Shown: positions 8,808-18,147 of the stretch, one piece after another
Layout: the number at the start of each line of letters is the position of its first letter
Numbering within the stretch: the stretch's first letter is position 1
DNA from: Nitrospirota bacterium
GTDB taxonomy: Bacteria; Nitrospirota; UBA9217
NCBI GenBank assembly: GCA_963790205.1
Contig: CAWBNQ010000005.1
Span: 352,001 to 416,000, forward strand
Reading direction: 5' to 3'
DNA: 64,000 nt
Made by a program: the position numbers and the translations under genes
Notes under the pieces: model-generated
Told to the model about the DNA's origin: nothing
Databases searched by the model: none
What the model saw: the letters and a program-made list of their open reading frames with translations, nothing else

Positions 8808-8819
8808 GACTTAATAACA

Positions 8820-8896
8820 GTTGGAGCACGAGTCAGGAGTTAAAAGCAGAAAGTTAAAATTTTTTACTCCGAACTGCGAACTCAGAACTCCGGACT
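8820..8896. repeat. Heptamer-periodic inverted repeat (REP-like)
   Basis: ggagcacgagtcaggagt ... actccgaactgcgaactcagaactccggact; 7-nt period in two opposed arms. Confidence 0.6.
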
Positions 8897-10004
8897 ACTG
8901 TTCTATCTTCACCTTCGCCCCGTTCTTCAAACCCTCGACCTCGGGCGTCGTTATGACGTATTCTCCCGCGGACAGGCCTTTTGTGATCTGTGTAAAGCTC
9001 CAGTTCGTCTCACCGATCTCTACCGGCCTGAGCCTGGCTTGCGCCGGATCTCCTGGCTGGACCGTTTTCCCCTCCGCGACATACACCTGTTTTTTGCCGT
9101 CGCGTTCGACGATTGACTGGGAGGGCACCGAAAGAACGTTCTCCAGGGTCGTAATGAGGATTTCAACATCGGCGGACATGCCCGGCTTCATCCGGGCGTC
9201 TCTCTTGTTGAAATAGATCCACACGTCGGCGGTGCGGGTCTCGAGCTTTCCCCCGCTCACGATCGGCGATATTCTCCTGACCGTGCCCTGGAACTTCTCT
9301 CCCGGGAAGGCGTCGACGGTGATCGTTACGGGCTGGCCCAGCCTGAGCCGTCCCACATCCACCTCGTCGATCGTGGCGAGCACATAGATCCGGTCGGGGT
9401 TTACAATGGTGACGATCTGTTTGCCCGGCAGGAGGAGTTCTCCGACCTCGGTATACTTCTTCGCGATAACGCCGTCAAAGGGCGCTTTTATGACGGAATA
9501 GTTCCGCGTGACGCCCGCATCAGCCGCCGCCGCCAGATACTGCGACTTCGCCACTTCATAGGCCCTGCGGGACGCGTCGAGGTCCTGTTGGGCGACCATG
9601 CCTTTATTGAACAGGTCTTCTGTCCGTTTCAGGTTTTTTTCCGTTTCCTCGAACGTGGCCCTGCTTTGAGCCAGGGTACTCTCGCTCTGGACCGATTCCT
9701 CGGTCAGGTCGAGTTGGGCGATGAGCGCCCCCGCCTTGACGACGTCGCCCTCCTTGACCGGGAGCTTGACGATCCTGCCCGTGCGCTGGGCAGATAAGGT
9801 GACCTCGGTTTCGGATTTTATCGTGGACGTGGTCGTAGCGTTCACGACAACGCGAAGCTCGCCGGGTTTAAGTTCCAATGCCTTGACAAGAACCGGTTTT
9901 TTCCCGGTCAGGGTAAAGAGAAGAGCGACGGAGGCAAGTACTGCGATCAACAACAATGATTTTTTTTTCGTCATGAACGGCATGCGATTATCCACCTTTT
10001 TCAA
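8895..10004 (-). CDS. MacA-like membrane fusion (periplasmic adaptor) protein
   Basis: N-terminal TM; GRIVKLPVKEGDVVKAG and IKAPFDGVI lipoyl halves, coiled coil, MKPGMSA. Confidence 0.9.
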   Translation of the reverse strand: MKKVDNRMPFMTKKKSLLLIAVLASVALLFTLTGKKPVLVKALELKPGELRVVVNATTTSTIKSETEVTLSAQRTGRIVKLPVKEGDVVKAGALIAQLDLTEESVQSESTLAQSRATFEETEKNLKRTEDLFNKGMVAQQDLDASRRAYEVAKSQYLAAAADAGVTRNYSVIKAPFDGVIAKKYTEVGELLLPGKQIVTIVNPDRIYVLATIDEVDVGRLRLGQPVTITVDAFPGEKFQGTVRRISPIVSGGKLETRTADVWIYFNKRDARMKPGMSADVEILITTLENVLSVPSQSIVERDGKKQVYVAEGKTVQPGDPAQARLRPVEIGETNWSFTQITKGLSAGEYVITTPEVEGLKNGAKVKIEQ

Positions 10005-10447
10005 CCGTTCCCAGAGGCATCTTCAAGCCGTTCTTTGATGTTTTTCATGAAGCCGCGTGCAACCTCTCCGAGCTGCTCGGCCACCACGATGTCCTGCAAA
10101 AAACTGAAATGTCCGATGACATGGCCTTCGATACGATAGGTGATTTCCGTTTCTTCTTTTGAGATCGTGCGCAGGGCAACGGAGCCGGACGCCTTGATGT
10201 GTTCTCCGGACGCCACCCACGAGAGCTTTTCCATTTCCCTGATCTCGGTCGTATGCGTTTTCATCTCGAGGGTGCGGGTGAAGGGGCCCAGCGAGAACCT
10301 GACCGTCCAGACGGAGTCCAGGTCATTGATGATCTTGACGCCCTTGCAGCCGGGGAACAGGCACCCCACCTCGCGCCGGTCCGTCATGAACGACCAGACG
10401 TATTCGATCGGAAGTTTTACGGTAAAGACGACTTGTTTCGAGGGCAC
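10001..10447 (-). CDS. SRPBCC/CoxG-like ligand-binding protein
   Basis: PIEYVWSFMTD...VGCLFPGC pattern, 148 aa, C-terminal helix; GGAGG RBS before GTG. Confidence 0.75.
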   Translation of the reverse strand: MPSKQVVFTVKLPIEYVWSFMTDRREVGCLFPGCKGVKIINDLDSVWTVRFSLGPFTRTLEMKTHTTEIREMEKLSWVASGEHIKASGSVALRTISKEETEITYRIEGHVIGHFSFLQDIVVAEQLGEVARGFMKNIKERLEDASGNG

Positions 10448-10536
10448 TGGTCAACCTCCTGGAATGACGGCCGTTCGCGTCTCTCATGAAGACTGGGGGA
10501 GGCGCGGTTCGTTCTTCAGCCGTCGTCTCTCGTCCG

Positions 10537-11844
10537 TCATCGCTCTCCGCTCCCCATTGCCTTGAGCAATCTCGCCACGCTCAACTGGTAGTCATACTGA
10601 GCCTGGACATACTCGGTTTCCGCCTGAACAGCTGAAAGCTGCGCGTCCGTAACTTCGATATAAGGTCCGATGCCGGCCTCGTACCTGCCTTGCGCGAGTT
10701 CGAGGCTCTCTCTCGCTTTTTGCAAAGAGCTGTCCATAACCTCGATGCGCGCCTGCGAACCTTCCATGTCGGCATAGGACTGGTTGACCTCAAGGAGGAT
10801 GGATTGTCGCAGGGCGTCCCGCTGCATTTCGAGGGCCAACAGATTTGCCCGTGCTTCATTGACCCGTCCTCTGGTCAGCCCGCCTTGAAATAACGGGACC
10901 GACAGCTGAACGCCGGCATTCCAGCTGTTTTGAATATCGCCTACCAGGGGGGCGCCATTGAACGATCCCAGGTCCTGGGTCCCGTTCGCCCAGTTGTAAG
11001 CGCCGTTTGCCGACAGCGTGGGAAGATAATTCGATTCTTCCGCCCGAACCCTGACCCTGGCCGCCTCAATGTCTGCATCCGCCTTCGACAGCTCAGGACG
11101 GTTTTTGAGCGCATCGTCCTGCGCTTTTTCCAGTGAAGGCATTTCTCGGGGAGGAGGGAATGTGTCGTCGATCTCGATCGCCTGTCGCGGGTCGGCCCCC
11201 ATGGCGTTGTTCAAGGCTATGGTCTTTATGCGGACGCTGTTGTTCGCGTTGATCAGGCCCAGCCGGGCGTTATTCACATCCACTTCGGCCCGGGTTACAT
11301 CGAACCTCGGTTTGGAGCCGGCCCTGAAGAACGCCTGCGCCTGTTTCAGATGGCTTTCGGTCTGCTCGACCGTTTTTTGCTCGACCAGAACGAGCTTATT
11401 GGCCTGCAACAGCGCAAAATACGCCTGTTTGACATTCAGGATGGCCTCCTGGACGATGCGTTCAAGGTCCTGTTGTGATGAACGGGTGCCCCACCGGGCG
11501 GCATCGAGGGCATTGCCGGTCTTCCCGAAATCATAAAGCAACTGATTGACCGAGAGCGTTGTCGTATAACCCTTCGTCGTGTTTTCGCCGAAGGCGCCTC
11601 CCAGGGAACGGCTCTCGGAATACCCCGTGCTTGCGCTGACCTGGGGGAAATAGGGGGAAGCGGCCTGCGTCTCACGTCCGTATCCGGCATTCACGTTCCA
11701 TTGAGCGGCCTTGATGGCAGACTGGTTCTTGAGCGCCAGGTCCACGCATTCGAGCAAGGTGAGCTTAGTCCCGGCGTGGGCCGGACAGAATGCGCCGGTG
11801 CAGGCCAGCAGGATCATTACGATGACCGATATGCGCATCAGCAT
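10537..11844 (-). CDS. TolC-family outer membrane efflux protein
   Basis: Signal peptide; LNVKQAYFALL, ALKNRPEL, GVQLSVPLFQG, AQGRYEAG. Confidence 0.92.
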   Translation of the reverse strand: MLMRISVIVMILLACTGAFCPAHAGTKLTLLECVDLALKNQSAIKAAQWNVNAGYGRETQAASPYFPQVSASTGYSESRSLGGAFGENTTKGYTTTLSVNQLLYDFGKTGNALDAARWGTRSSQQDLERIVQEAILNVKQAYFALLQANKLVLVEQKTVEQTESHLKQAQAFFRAGSKPRFDVTRAEVDVNNARLGLINANNSVRIKTIALNNAMGADPRQAIEIDDTFPPPREMPSLEKAQDDALKNRPELSKADADIEAARVRVRAEESNYLPTLSANGAYNWANGTQDLGSFNGAPLVGDIQNSWNAGVQLSVPLFQGGLTRGRVNEARANLLALEMQRDALRQSILLEVNQSYADMEGSQARIEVMDSSLQKARESLELAQGRYEAGIGPYIEVTDAQLSAVQAETEYVQAQYDYQLSVARLLKAMGSGER

Positions 11845-11927
11845 GCCTCGCTTGTATTATATCACAGTGTCATTTCAGGCCTGAAGGTTATGCTTGCATT
11901 TTGAAGGAGGGTATTGTATAAATTTTC

Positions 11928-12830
11928 ATGCGCATTCCGTTCAAGTCCGCCGACCTTCTTTCGCTGTCTTTTCTCGGACTCCTCAGTATTCTTACGATTT
12001 TTTTCATCCCCTCGCTCCCTTCATGGGGCAAGCTCCTAACAACCTATTATCTTCTTGCTGCAGCGATCACAGCGCTTGCAGTGTACCGGAAGCGGACAGC
12101 ATTGGTAAAATCGGGCCTCTATCTCCATACCGCCCTGACGGTCATAACGATCCTGATGGTCTTTAACAGTCTCGGAGACCTCATTCCCGGCATACGGTCC
12201 CGTACTTTCGACGACGTTCTCATCAGGATCGACCATGCGCTCTTCGGTGTGAACCCCACGATATGGATCGAATGGATGATCAGCCCCCCGCTGACTGCTC
12301 TCCTCCAGTGCGCCTACATCAGCTATTACTTCATACCGGTCTCGCTCGGCGTCGTCCTCATCGCCAAAGGCAAGCACGACGAGTTCGAAGACGCCCTCTT
12401 CGGCATTGTGCTCTGTTTCTACCTCTCCTACATCGGCTATCTGCTCGTGCCGGCCGTGGGGCCCCGGTTTACCCTCGACCACCTGCAGACAACGGGCCTG
12501 CAGGCCGGCCCGTTCATTCAAAAGATCCAGGCGGTCCTGAACGGCCTGGAGCATAACAAGACCGATGCCTTCCCGAGCGGCCACACGGCCGTCGCGCTCA
12601 TGACGCTTTACTATGCATGGAAAAAGAAAGAAAAGGTCCTTTCAGCGGTCCTTCTTCCCGTTGCTCTTGGACTGATTATTTCAACGGTATATCTCAGGTA
12701 TCACTATGGCATCGATGTGCTCGCGGGAATTGCGTTGACCGCCTTGACGATTTATCTGGCCCCAAAAATGTCCACGTGGTTCTCACGCGCATCCGGTCAC
12801 CCGCGCGACCAGCGTCATTACGCCCCCTGA
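11928..12830 (+). CDS. PAP2-superfamily membrane enzyme, Aur1/inositol-phosphorylceramide-synthase-like
   Basis: Multi-TM; LLVPAVGPRF, DAFPSGHTA and STVYLRYHYGIDV motifs. Confidence 0.8.
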   Translation: MRIPFKSADLLSLSFLGLLSILTIFFIPSLPSWGKLLTTYYLLAAAITALAVYRKRTALVKSGLYLHTALTVITILMVFNSLGDLIPGIRSRTFDDVLIRIDHALFGVNPTIWIEWMISPPLTALLQCAYISYYFIPVSLGVVLIAKGKHDEFEDALFGIVLCFYLSYIGYLLVPAVGPRFTLDHLQTTGLQAGPFIQKIQAVLNGLEHNKTDAFPSGHTAVALMTLYYAWKKKEKVLSAVLLPVALGLIISTVYLRYHYGIDVLAGIALTALTIYLAPKMSTWFSRASGHPRDQRHYAP

Positions 12831-13373
12831 CACGAGCGGTATCACGAGATTGTCGTTAAGAGGAAGCGGCAGCAGCTCAACCCCGGCGGCGGCAATCACT
12901 CCAAAGAGGATGACGAGGGGGGCAACGGTTATTCCGACCAGGGGAAGGAGAAGACCGGCGGATACGGCTGCAGCGACGAACGCAAGGCTTCCCTCCAGGC
13001 TTTTATTCCCGATTTTCGTCCTTCCGTAACGCTCGCCGATCGTGGTCGCGGCTACGTCTCCAAAGGCCAAAAAACAGACGGCGGCTGCGGCAATATCCAT
13101 GCGGTACAGATAGAGTGACAGTCCGATGCCGAGGACATAGGGCCCTGTGCCGGTGAGCCTGTGCTCCTCGTTCGGGCGTATGAAGCTGCTGAACTTCGTG
13201 AGGACGATCCGGTTCATCGATGGAACATTCAGGCGTATCAGGTCAAGCGTTAAAACGAGGAGGAATAACCCCGCATAGAAGAGGAGCGCCTGGTCCCTGG
13301 TGAGAACAAAATAAAGCGACAGAAGGCCGAGGCCTCCCGCGAGATGGTAAACTTTACGACCGATATGTTTCAT
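12783..13373 (-). CDS. CTP-dependent lipid kinase (dolichol/phytol/Dgk1-like)
   Basis: RKVYHL, FGDVAATTIGERYG, KSLEGSLAF and LNDNLVIP motifs. Confidence 0.8.
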   Translation of the reverse strand: MKHIGRKVYHLAGGLGLLSLYFVLTRDQALLFYAGLFLLVLTLDLIRLNVPSMNRIVLTKFSSFIRPNEEHRLTGTGPYVLGIGLSLYLYRMDIAAAAVCFLAFGDVAATTIGERYGRTKIGNKSLEGSLAFVAAAVSAGLLLPLVGITVAPLVILFGVIAAAGVELLPLPLNDNLVIPLVSGGVMTLVARVTGCA

Positions 13374-13421
13374 AGGATAAAATCCTGAATTCAATATCTA
13401 AGTTCGTGAAAACAAAATTCA

Positions 13422-13595
13422 GCCACGAAGGCTCTAAGACTCAAAGAGAACATGAAGAGTTAAGGCATTTTACAAACAGGTAGTATTGGATGAATTTCTT
13501 CGTGTCTTCGCCTGCACCCAGCGGTTACGAGTGGTATCGTAGCCTGCTCTTGGGAAGACGCGGCCATAAACGAGTGCAGGGTGTGTCTTTGTGGC
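13422..13595. repeat. Octamer-periodic REP-like inverted repeat with a nested ~73-bp insert
   Basis: gccacgaaggctctaagactcaaag versus cttcgtgtcttcg[insert 13510-13582]tgtctttgtggc. Confidence 0.65.
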
Positions 13596-13648
13596 GCGCT
13601 TGGTTCCGGCTTGCCCGGTTTGGACGCGGCGCTTGGGATTCCGGATTT

Positions 13649-14765
13649 TCATGAAATGTTCTTCTCGTATATCCGGTATTTTTTGTAAAGCTTCCCGCCC
13701 ATAAGCTCGCACCCTTTGCGCATCGGGGCATTGTCCTCCAGGACCCAGGACATCTCAGCGCGCTCATAGCCCTTGCGCATGGCCGCTTTGAACGACTCGA
13801 GATAGAGCAGCCCCTCGATCCCTTTTTTCCGGTACTCTTCCTTGACGCCCATGGTCAGCACGCGAATATCGGATATTTTCCTCGAATACCAGAGAAATTT
13901 TACTAGCTCGACGGGGCCGAGCCGGCCGTTGATCCTCTTCAGGACCTGGTTATAATCAGGCACGGCCATGAAGAACCCGGCGGGACTGCCGGCCACTTCG
14001 GCCATGATGAGCAACTCCGGCACGATCAGCGGCTTCAACCGTTTCGCCATGGAATTCTATTTCCTCATCCGTCATGGGCACGAAACCCCAGTTGTGGCCC
14101 CACGCGGAATTATAGATGTCCTTTACCGCTTCCAGCTCTTTGCGAAAATTCTTCATACTGGCCGGACGCACGACGAGCCCCGGAACGCGCGCCTTAATGG
14201 CTGATGCCAGCTTTTCAAGCCTCGGCGCCGAAGAAACGTTTTTGATGATGGATATATAGGCAAAGAGGTCCTTGGCCTTGACGAGACCGCACTTTTCCAT
14301 ATAATCGAGGTAATAGGCGGGGGTGTACGTCATCATGATCATGGGCGGAGAATCGAAACCTTCGAGCAGAAAGCCGCATTCGTCGTTCGTCGAGGGGTTC
14401 ACGGGCCCCCGCATGGTCTCAAGAGCGCGTTCCTTGAGCCAGGCCGCGGCCGCGTTCAGCAGGTCACGCGCGATCTCAATATCGGGAAGACATTCGAAAA
14501 ACCCGAAAAAGCCGGCCTGCTCGTTATGGATGTTGATGTGGTTCCGGTCCACGATGGCCGCGATCCTGCCGACGGCCTCGCCGTTCCTGCGGGCGAGAAA
14601 ATAAGCGGCTTCCGCGTGATGAAAAAAAGGGTTCTTTTCGCCCAGGATGAACTTCATTTCGCTGATGAGCGGCGGGACCCAGTTCGGGTTTCCCCGGTAT
14701 ACCTTCCAGGGAAAGCGGATGAATTGTTCCAGGCCTGTTTTATCCAGAACGCGCTCGACGTTCAT
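13649..14765 (-). CDS. cerS: GNAT-type bacterial ceramide synthase (bCerS/YghO-like), +1 frameshift near 14051
   Basis: FIRFPWKVYRGNPNWVPPL, GFFGFFEC, MRGPVNPSTNDECG, NWGFVP then in another frame MAKRL...PDYNQ...EMSWVLEDN. Removing one base in gaattccatg joins the two ORFs. Adjacent to spt. Confidence 0.75.
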
Positions 14766-14768
14766 TCC

Positions 14769-15959
14769 CTACCCTTGCTGCGCGGCGACGCCGAGCTTCT
14801 TGTCCGCCTTCTCAATGATCGTCAGCACCCGGTCGAGCATTTCGTCCGTGTGGGTCGCCATGTAGCTTGTCCGTATGAGGCAGCGGCCGGGCTGCGTTGC
14901 GGGCGGGACCACGGGGTTTACGAAGACCCCGTCGTCGCTCAGGATCTTCCACATCATGAACGCCCGTTCCATCTCGCCCATGAACAGGGGAATGATGGGC
15001 GTCTCGGAAACTCCGGTGTCGAACCCCATCTGTTTGAAGGCCTTCATCATTTTATGAGTATTATGCCACAGGCGTTCCCTGCGCTCCGGCTCCTGGTCAA
15101 TGACATCAAGGGCTGCGATGACCGAAGCCACCGAGGCCGGCGGCGGGCTCGCGGAAAAAATGAGCGGCCGCGAGGTGTGTTTTATGTAGTGGATCACGTC
15201 CTCGTCCGCCGCGACAAAGCCGCCGATGGACGCCATGGACTTGCTGTAGGTGCCCATGATGATGTCCACTTCTTTTTCGAGGCCGAAGTGCTCGGCGGTC
15301 CCGCGGCCGGTCTTGCCCAGAACGCCTACGCCATGCGCATCGTCCACCATCAGCCGTGCGCCGTATTTCTTGCAGATCTTTACGATGTCGGGCAGCGGTG
15401 CGATGTCCCCTTCCATGCTGTACACGCCGTCCACGACCACGAGTTTGGCGCGGTTCCCGCATTCCTTCAGGACGAAATCGAGACTGCCCATGTCGTTGTG
15501 CTTGAATTTTTTGACCTCGGCAAAGGACAACCGGCAGGCATCGATGATGCTGGCATGGTCAAGCTTGTCGATCACGACCACATCGTCTTTGCCCGCGATC
15601 GAGGAGATGATGCCGAGGTTGGTCTGGTAGCCCGTTGAGAAGGTCAGCGCTCCGTCTTTCCGGAAAAATGCAGCGAGTTTTTCTTCAAGCTTGACATGGA
15701 TATCCAGAGTGCCGTTCAGAAACCGGGAACCGGCGCAGCCGCTGCCGTATTTCTTTATCGCCGCGATGGCCGCTTCCTTGACCTTCGGGTGGCTGGTAAG
15801 GCCGAGGTAATTGTTCGACCCGAGCATGATCATCTTTTTCCCTTCGACGACCACCTCCGGGTTCTGTTCCGATTCCATAACACGGAAATACGGGTAAAAT
15901 CCCGCAGCCATCACCTCTTTTGCTGCCGTATATTTCTTGCATTTCTCAAAAAGATCCAC
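14769..15959 (-). CDS. spt: Serine palmitoyltransferase (AOS family PLP enzyme)
   Basis: FYPYFR, LGSNNYLGL, GSRFLNGT, DHASII, DDAHG, GTYSKS (PLP Lys); context with bCerS-like gene favours Spt over BioF or Kbl. Confidence 0.8.
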   Translation of the reverse strand: MDLFEKCKKYTAAKEVMAAGFYPYFRVMESEQNPEVVVEGKKMIMLGSNNYLGLTSHPKVKEAAIAAIKKYGSGCAGSRFLNGTLDIHVKLEEKLAAFFRKDGALTFSTGYQTNLGIISSIAGKDDVVVIDKLDHASIIDACRLSFAEVKKFKHNDMGSLDFVLKECGNRAKLVVVDGVYSMEGDIAPLPDIVKICKKYGARLMVDDAHGVGVLGKTGRGTAEHFGLEKEVDIIMGTYSKSMASIGGFVAADEDVIHYIKHTSRPLIFSASPPPASVASVIAALDVIDQEPERRERLWHNTHKMMKAFKQMGFDTGVSETPIIPLFMGEMERAFMMWKILSDDGVFVNPVVPPATQPGRCLIRTSYMATHTDEMLDRVLTIIEKADKKLGVAAQQG

Positions 15960-16058
15960 TGTTCTTTCCCCTCCGTGTCGTTATAGTATACTGTGGCATG
16001 ATACGCGATCCCGACTAATTACTCAGGTTGGCTTGACCTGAGCAGTTCGGATTCCTTA

Positions 16059-17057
16059 TCACAACCAGTTGTTATCGCGGTACCACTGCCATGTGATTTC
16101 AAGCCCTCTCCGCAGCGGATATTCGTGTCGGAAGCCGAGTTCGTTTTCCGTCCTAGAGAGGTCGCAGATCCAGTACTTCTGCGCCGCCTCCCGCACCTTT
16201 TGCCTGTTCGTAAGCGCGGGCCTGGACGTGAACAGGCCGCCGAATTCCGAAGCAAGGCCCATCAGGTACGCCACAGCGTACGGTATCTTTATCGTGCGCG
16301 CCTTCACGCCGCCCGTCGAGAGCAGCGCTTCCTTGAATTCCGACCAGGAATAGGACCGGTTCTCGGCGACAAAATAAATACTGCCGCTCTTCGTTTCGTT
16401 CTCCCCGACGAGGAGCATGACCGTTGCCAGGTCCCCGACATAACAAGGGTTGATGTACCGCTCGCCGCCCGCGAGCTCGATCGTGAACCCTCGGCCGGCC
16501 CAGCGGAAAAGTTCGAACATATCACGGTCACGGGGACCGTAGACCGCTGAAGGACGCACGATGGCGACGGGAAATATATCTTTATACTTGAGCGACTCCT
16601 CCTCGGCAAGAAGTTTGCTTCTGCCGTAATCCGTTATGGGACGCGGGGCCTCAGTGGCCATGACCGGCTTCCCGTCCGGACTCGGCCCTGCCGCAGCAAG
16701 ACTGGACACCAGTACGAACTTTTTAATGCCGGGATTGTGTTGGGCGCAGGCCTCCAGAAGGTTCCCGGTGCCGGCATGGTTTACGGCATAATAATCACGC
16801 GCATGTCTTGCCTTCGTAAGTCCTGCAGCGTGAAAAACAACTGAAACGTCACGGACCGCGGAACCGAGTGATTCGGGTCGGACGCAATCTCCCTGCGCAA
16901 TGCGTACCTTCAGTCCCGTCAGCCATTGGAGCCGGGCGGGGTCCCTCACGAGACAGGTAACGTCATAACCCTTGCGGAGAAGCAGTTCCACGAGGTGACT
17001 TCCGATGAAACCGGTGCCCCCGGTGACCAGCGCTCTTTGTGATTCTGTCCGCTCCAT
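16059..17057 (-). CDS. NAD-dependent epimerase/extended SDR; candidate ceramide or 3-ketosphinganine reductase
   Basis: VTGGTGFIG, VSSLAA, YGRSK, VRPSAVYGP; directly upstream of spt. Confidence 0.8.
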   Translation of the reverse strand: MERTESQRALVTGGTGFIGSHLVELLLRKGYDVTCLVRDPARLQWLTGLKVRIAQGDCVRPESLGSAVRDVSVVFHAAGLTKARHARDYYAVNHAGTGNLLEACAQHNPGIKKFVLVSSLAAAGPSPDGKPVMATEAPRPITDYGRSKLLAEEESLKYKDIFPVAIVRPSAVYGPRDRDMFELFRWAGRGFTIELAGGERYINPCYVGDLATVMLLVGENETKSGSIYFVAENRSYSWSEFKEALLSTGGVKARTIKIPYAVAYLMGLASEFGGLFTSRPALTNRQKVREAAQKYWICDLSRTENELGFRHEYPLRRGLEITWQWYRDNNWL

Positions 17058-17149
17058 CTTCTCCGTGAATGTGATGAATTTATTCCGGTAGTTTAGACAA
17101 AGTAGACAGGATTGTCAAGGTATTCGGTGGCCGGCCTGAACTTTCATAC

Positions 17150-18130
17150 TTACCGGGAATTTTTAACATTGACAGGCAGACTGCATGCCGAGCTCAAGTC
17201 GCACCTGTCGCACTCAAGCTGGATCGTGCTGTGTTCGATTTTGAACTTGTCCGCGAGCAGCGCCCTGATCCGGTCGAGGACGTCCTTACTGCCGCTGACG
17301 AGTTGATCTTCGATGAGCACATGGCCGCTCATGGCGTAAACGCCGGACGTAATGGTCCAGACATGGATATGATAGGCCTCACGCACGCCCCTGATCTTCT
17401 GGATTTCCGCGGATATTGTTTCAATATCGATGTGGGCGGGCACGGATTCGAGGAGGATGCTCACCGACTCCTTGACCAGCGTCCAAGCCCCATAAACGAT
17501 CACCAGCGAGATCAGGATGCTGAGGAGCGGATCGATGAGGTACCATCCGGTATACAGTATGATGCCGCCCCCGATCACGACGCCGACGGAGGAGAGGGCG
17601 TCCCCGAGGATATGCAGGTAGGCGCCGCGTATGTTCAGGCTGGCATGGCTGTGCTTCATGAGAACAAAAGCGCCGATAATGTTGGCGACCAGACCGATCA
17701 TCGCGACAATCAGCATTAGCTTACCCGCCACCGGCCGGGGATGAATGATCCGCAAATAGGCCTCATACACGATGTAGAGCGATACGACGACGAGGACGAT
17801 GCCGTTGATCAACGCGGCCAGTATCTCGAGACGGTAGAAACCGAAGGTCCGTCTGTCCGTTGCCGGCATGGAAGCGAATGTCATGGCAAAAAACGAAAGC
17901 AGGAGTGCAAGGTTGTCCGTGAACATATGGCCGGCGTCCGAAAGCAGCGCGAGACTGTTCGATAAAATACCGCCGATCACCTCGACGACCATCATGATAA
18001 CGGTAATTGACAGCGCGATCAGTAGGTCCCGTTTTCCGTTCCCCTGCCCCCTCCCGGCATGAGCATGGTCGTGACCGTGATGATCGTGATCATGATGGCT
18101 ATGTTCCTCAAGCCTTTGTGGTGCGGACAT
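17150..18130 (-). CDS. czcD: Cation diffusion facilitator (CzcD/ZitB-like)
   Basis: His-rich N-terminus; SLALLSDAGHM, TFGFYRLEILAA, NIRGAYLHILGD, HIHVW, HSTIQ. Confidence 0.9.
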   Translation of the reverse strand: MSAPQRLEEHSHHDHDHHGHDHAHAGRGQGNGKRDLLIALSITVIMMVVEVIGGILSNSLALLSDAGHMFTDNLALLLSFFAMTFASMPATDRRTFGFYRLEILAALINGIVLVVVSLYIVYEAYLRIIHPRPVAGKLMLIVAMIGLVANIIGAFVLMKHSHASLNIRGAYLHILGDALSSVGVVIGGGIILYTGWYLIDPLLSILISLVIVYGAWTLVKESVSILLESVPAHIDIETISAEIQKIRGVREAYHIHVWTITSGVYAMSGHVLIEDQLVSGSKDVLDRIRALLADKFKIEHSTIQLECDRCDLSSACSLPVNVKNSR

Positions 18131-18147
18131 ACAACGCGATACTCCTC

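Noticed and set aside
13511..13582. tRNA-sized cloverleaf-like insert
   Set aside because: No TTCGA T-loop, D-loop or anticodon arm geometry.
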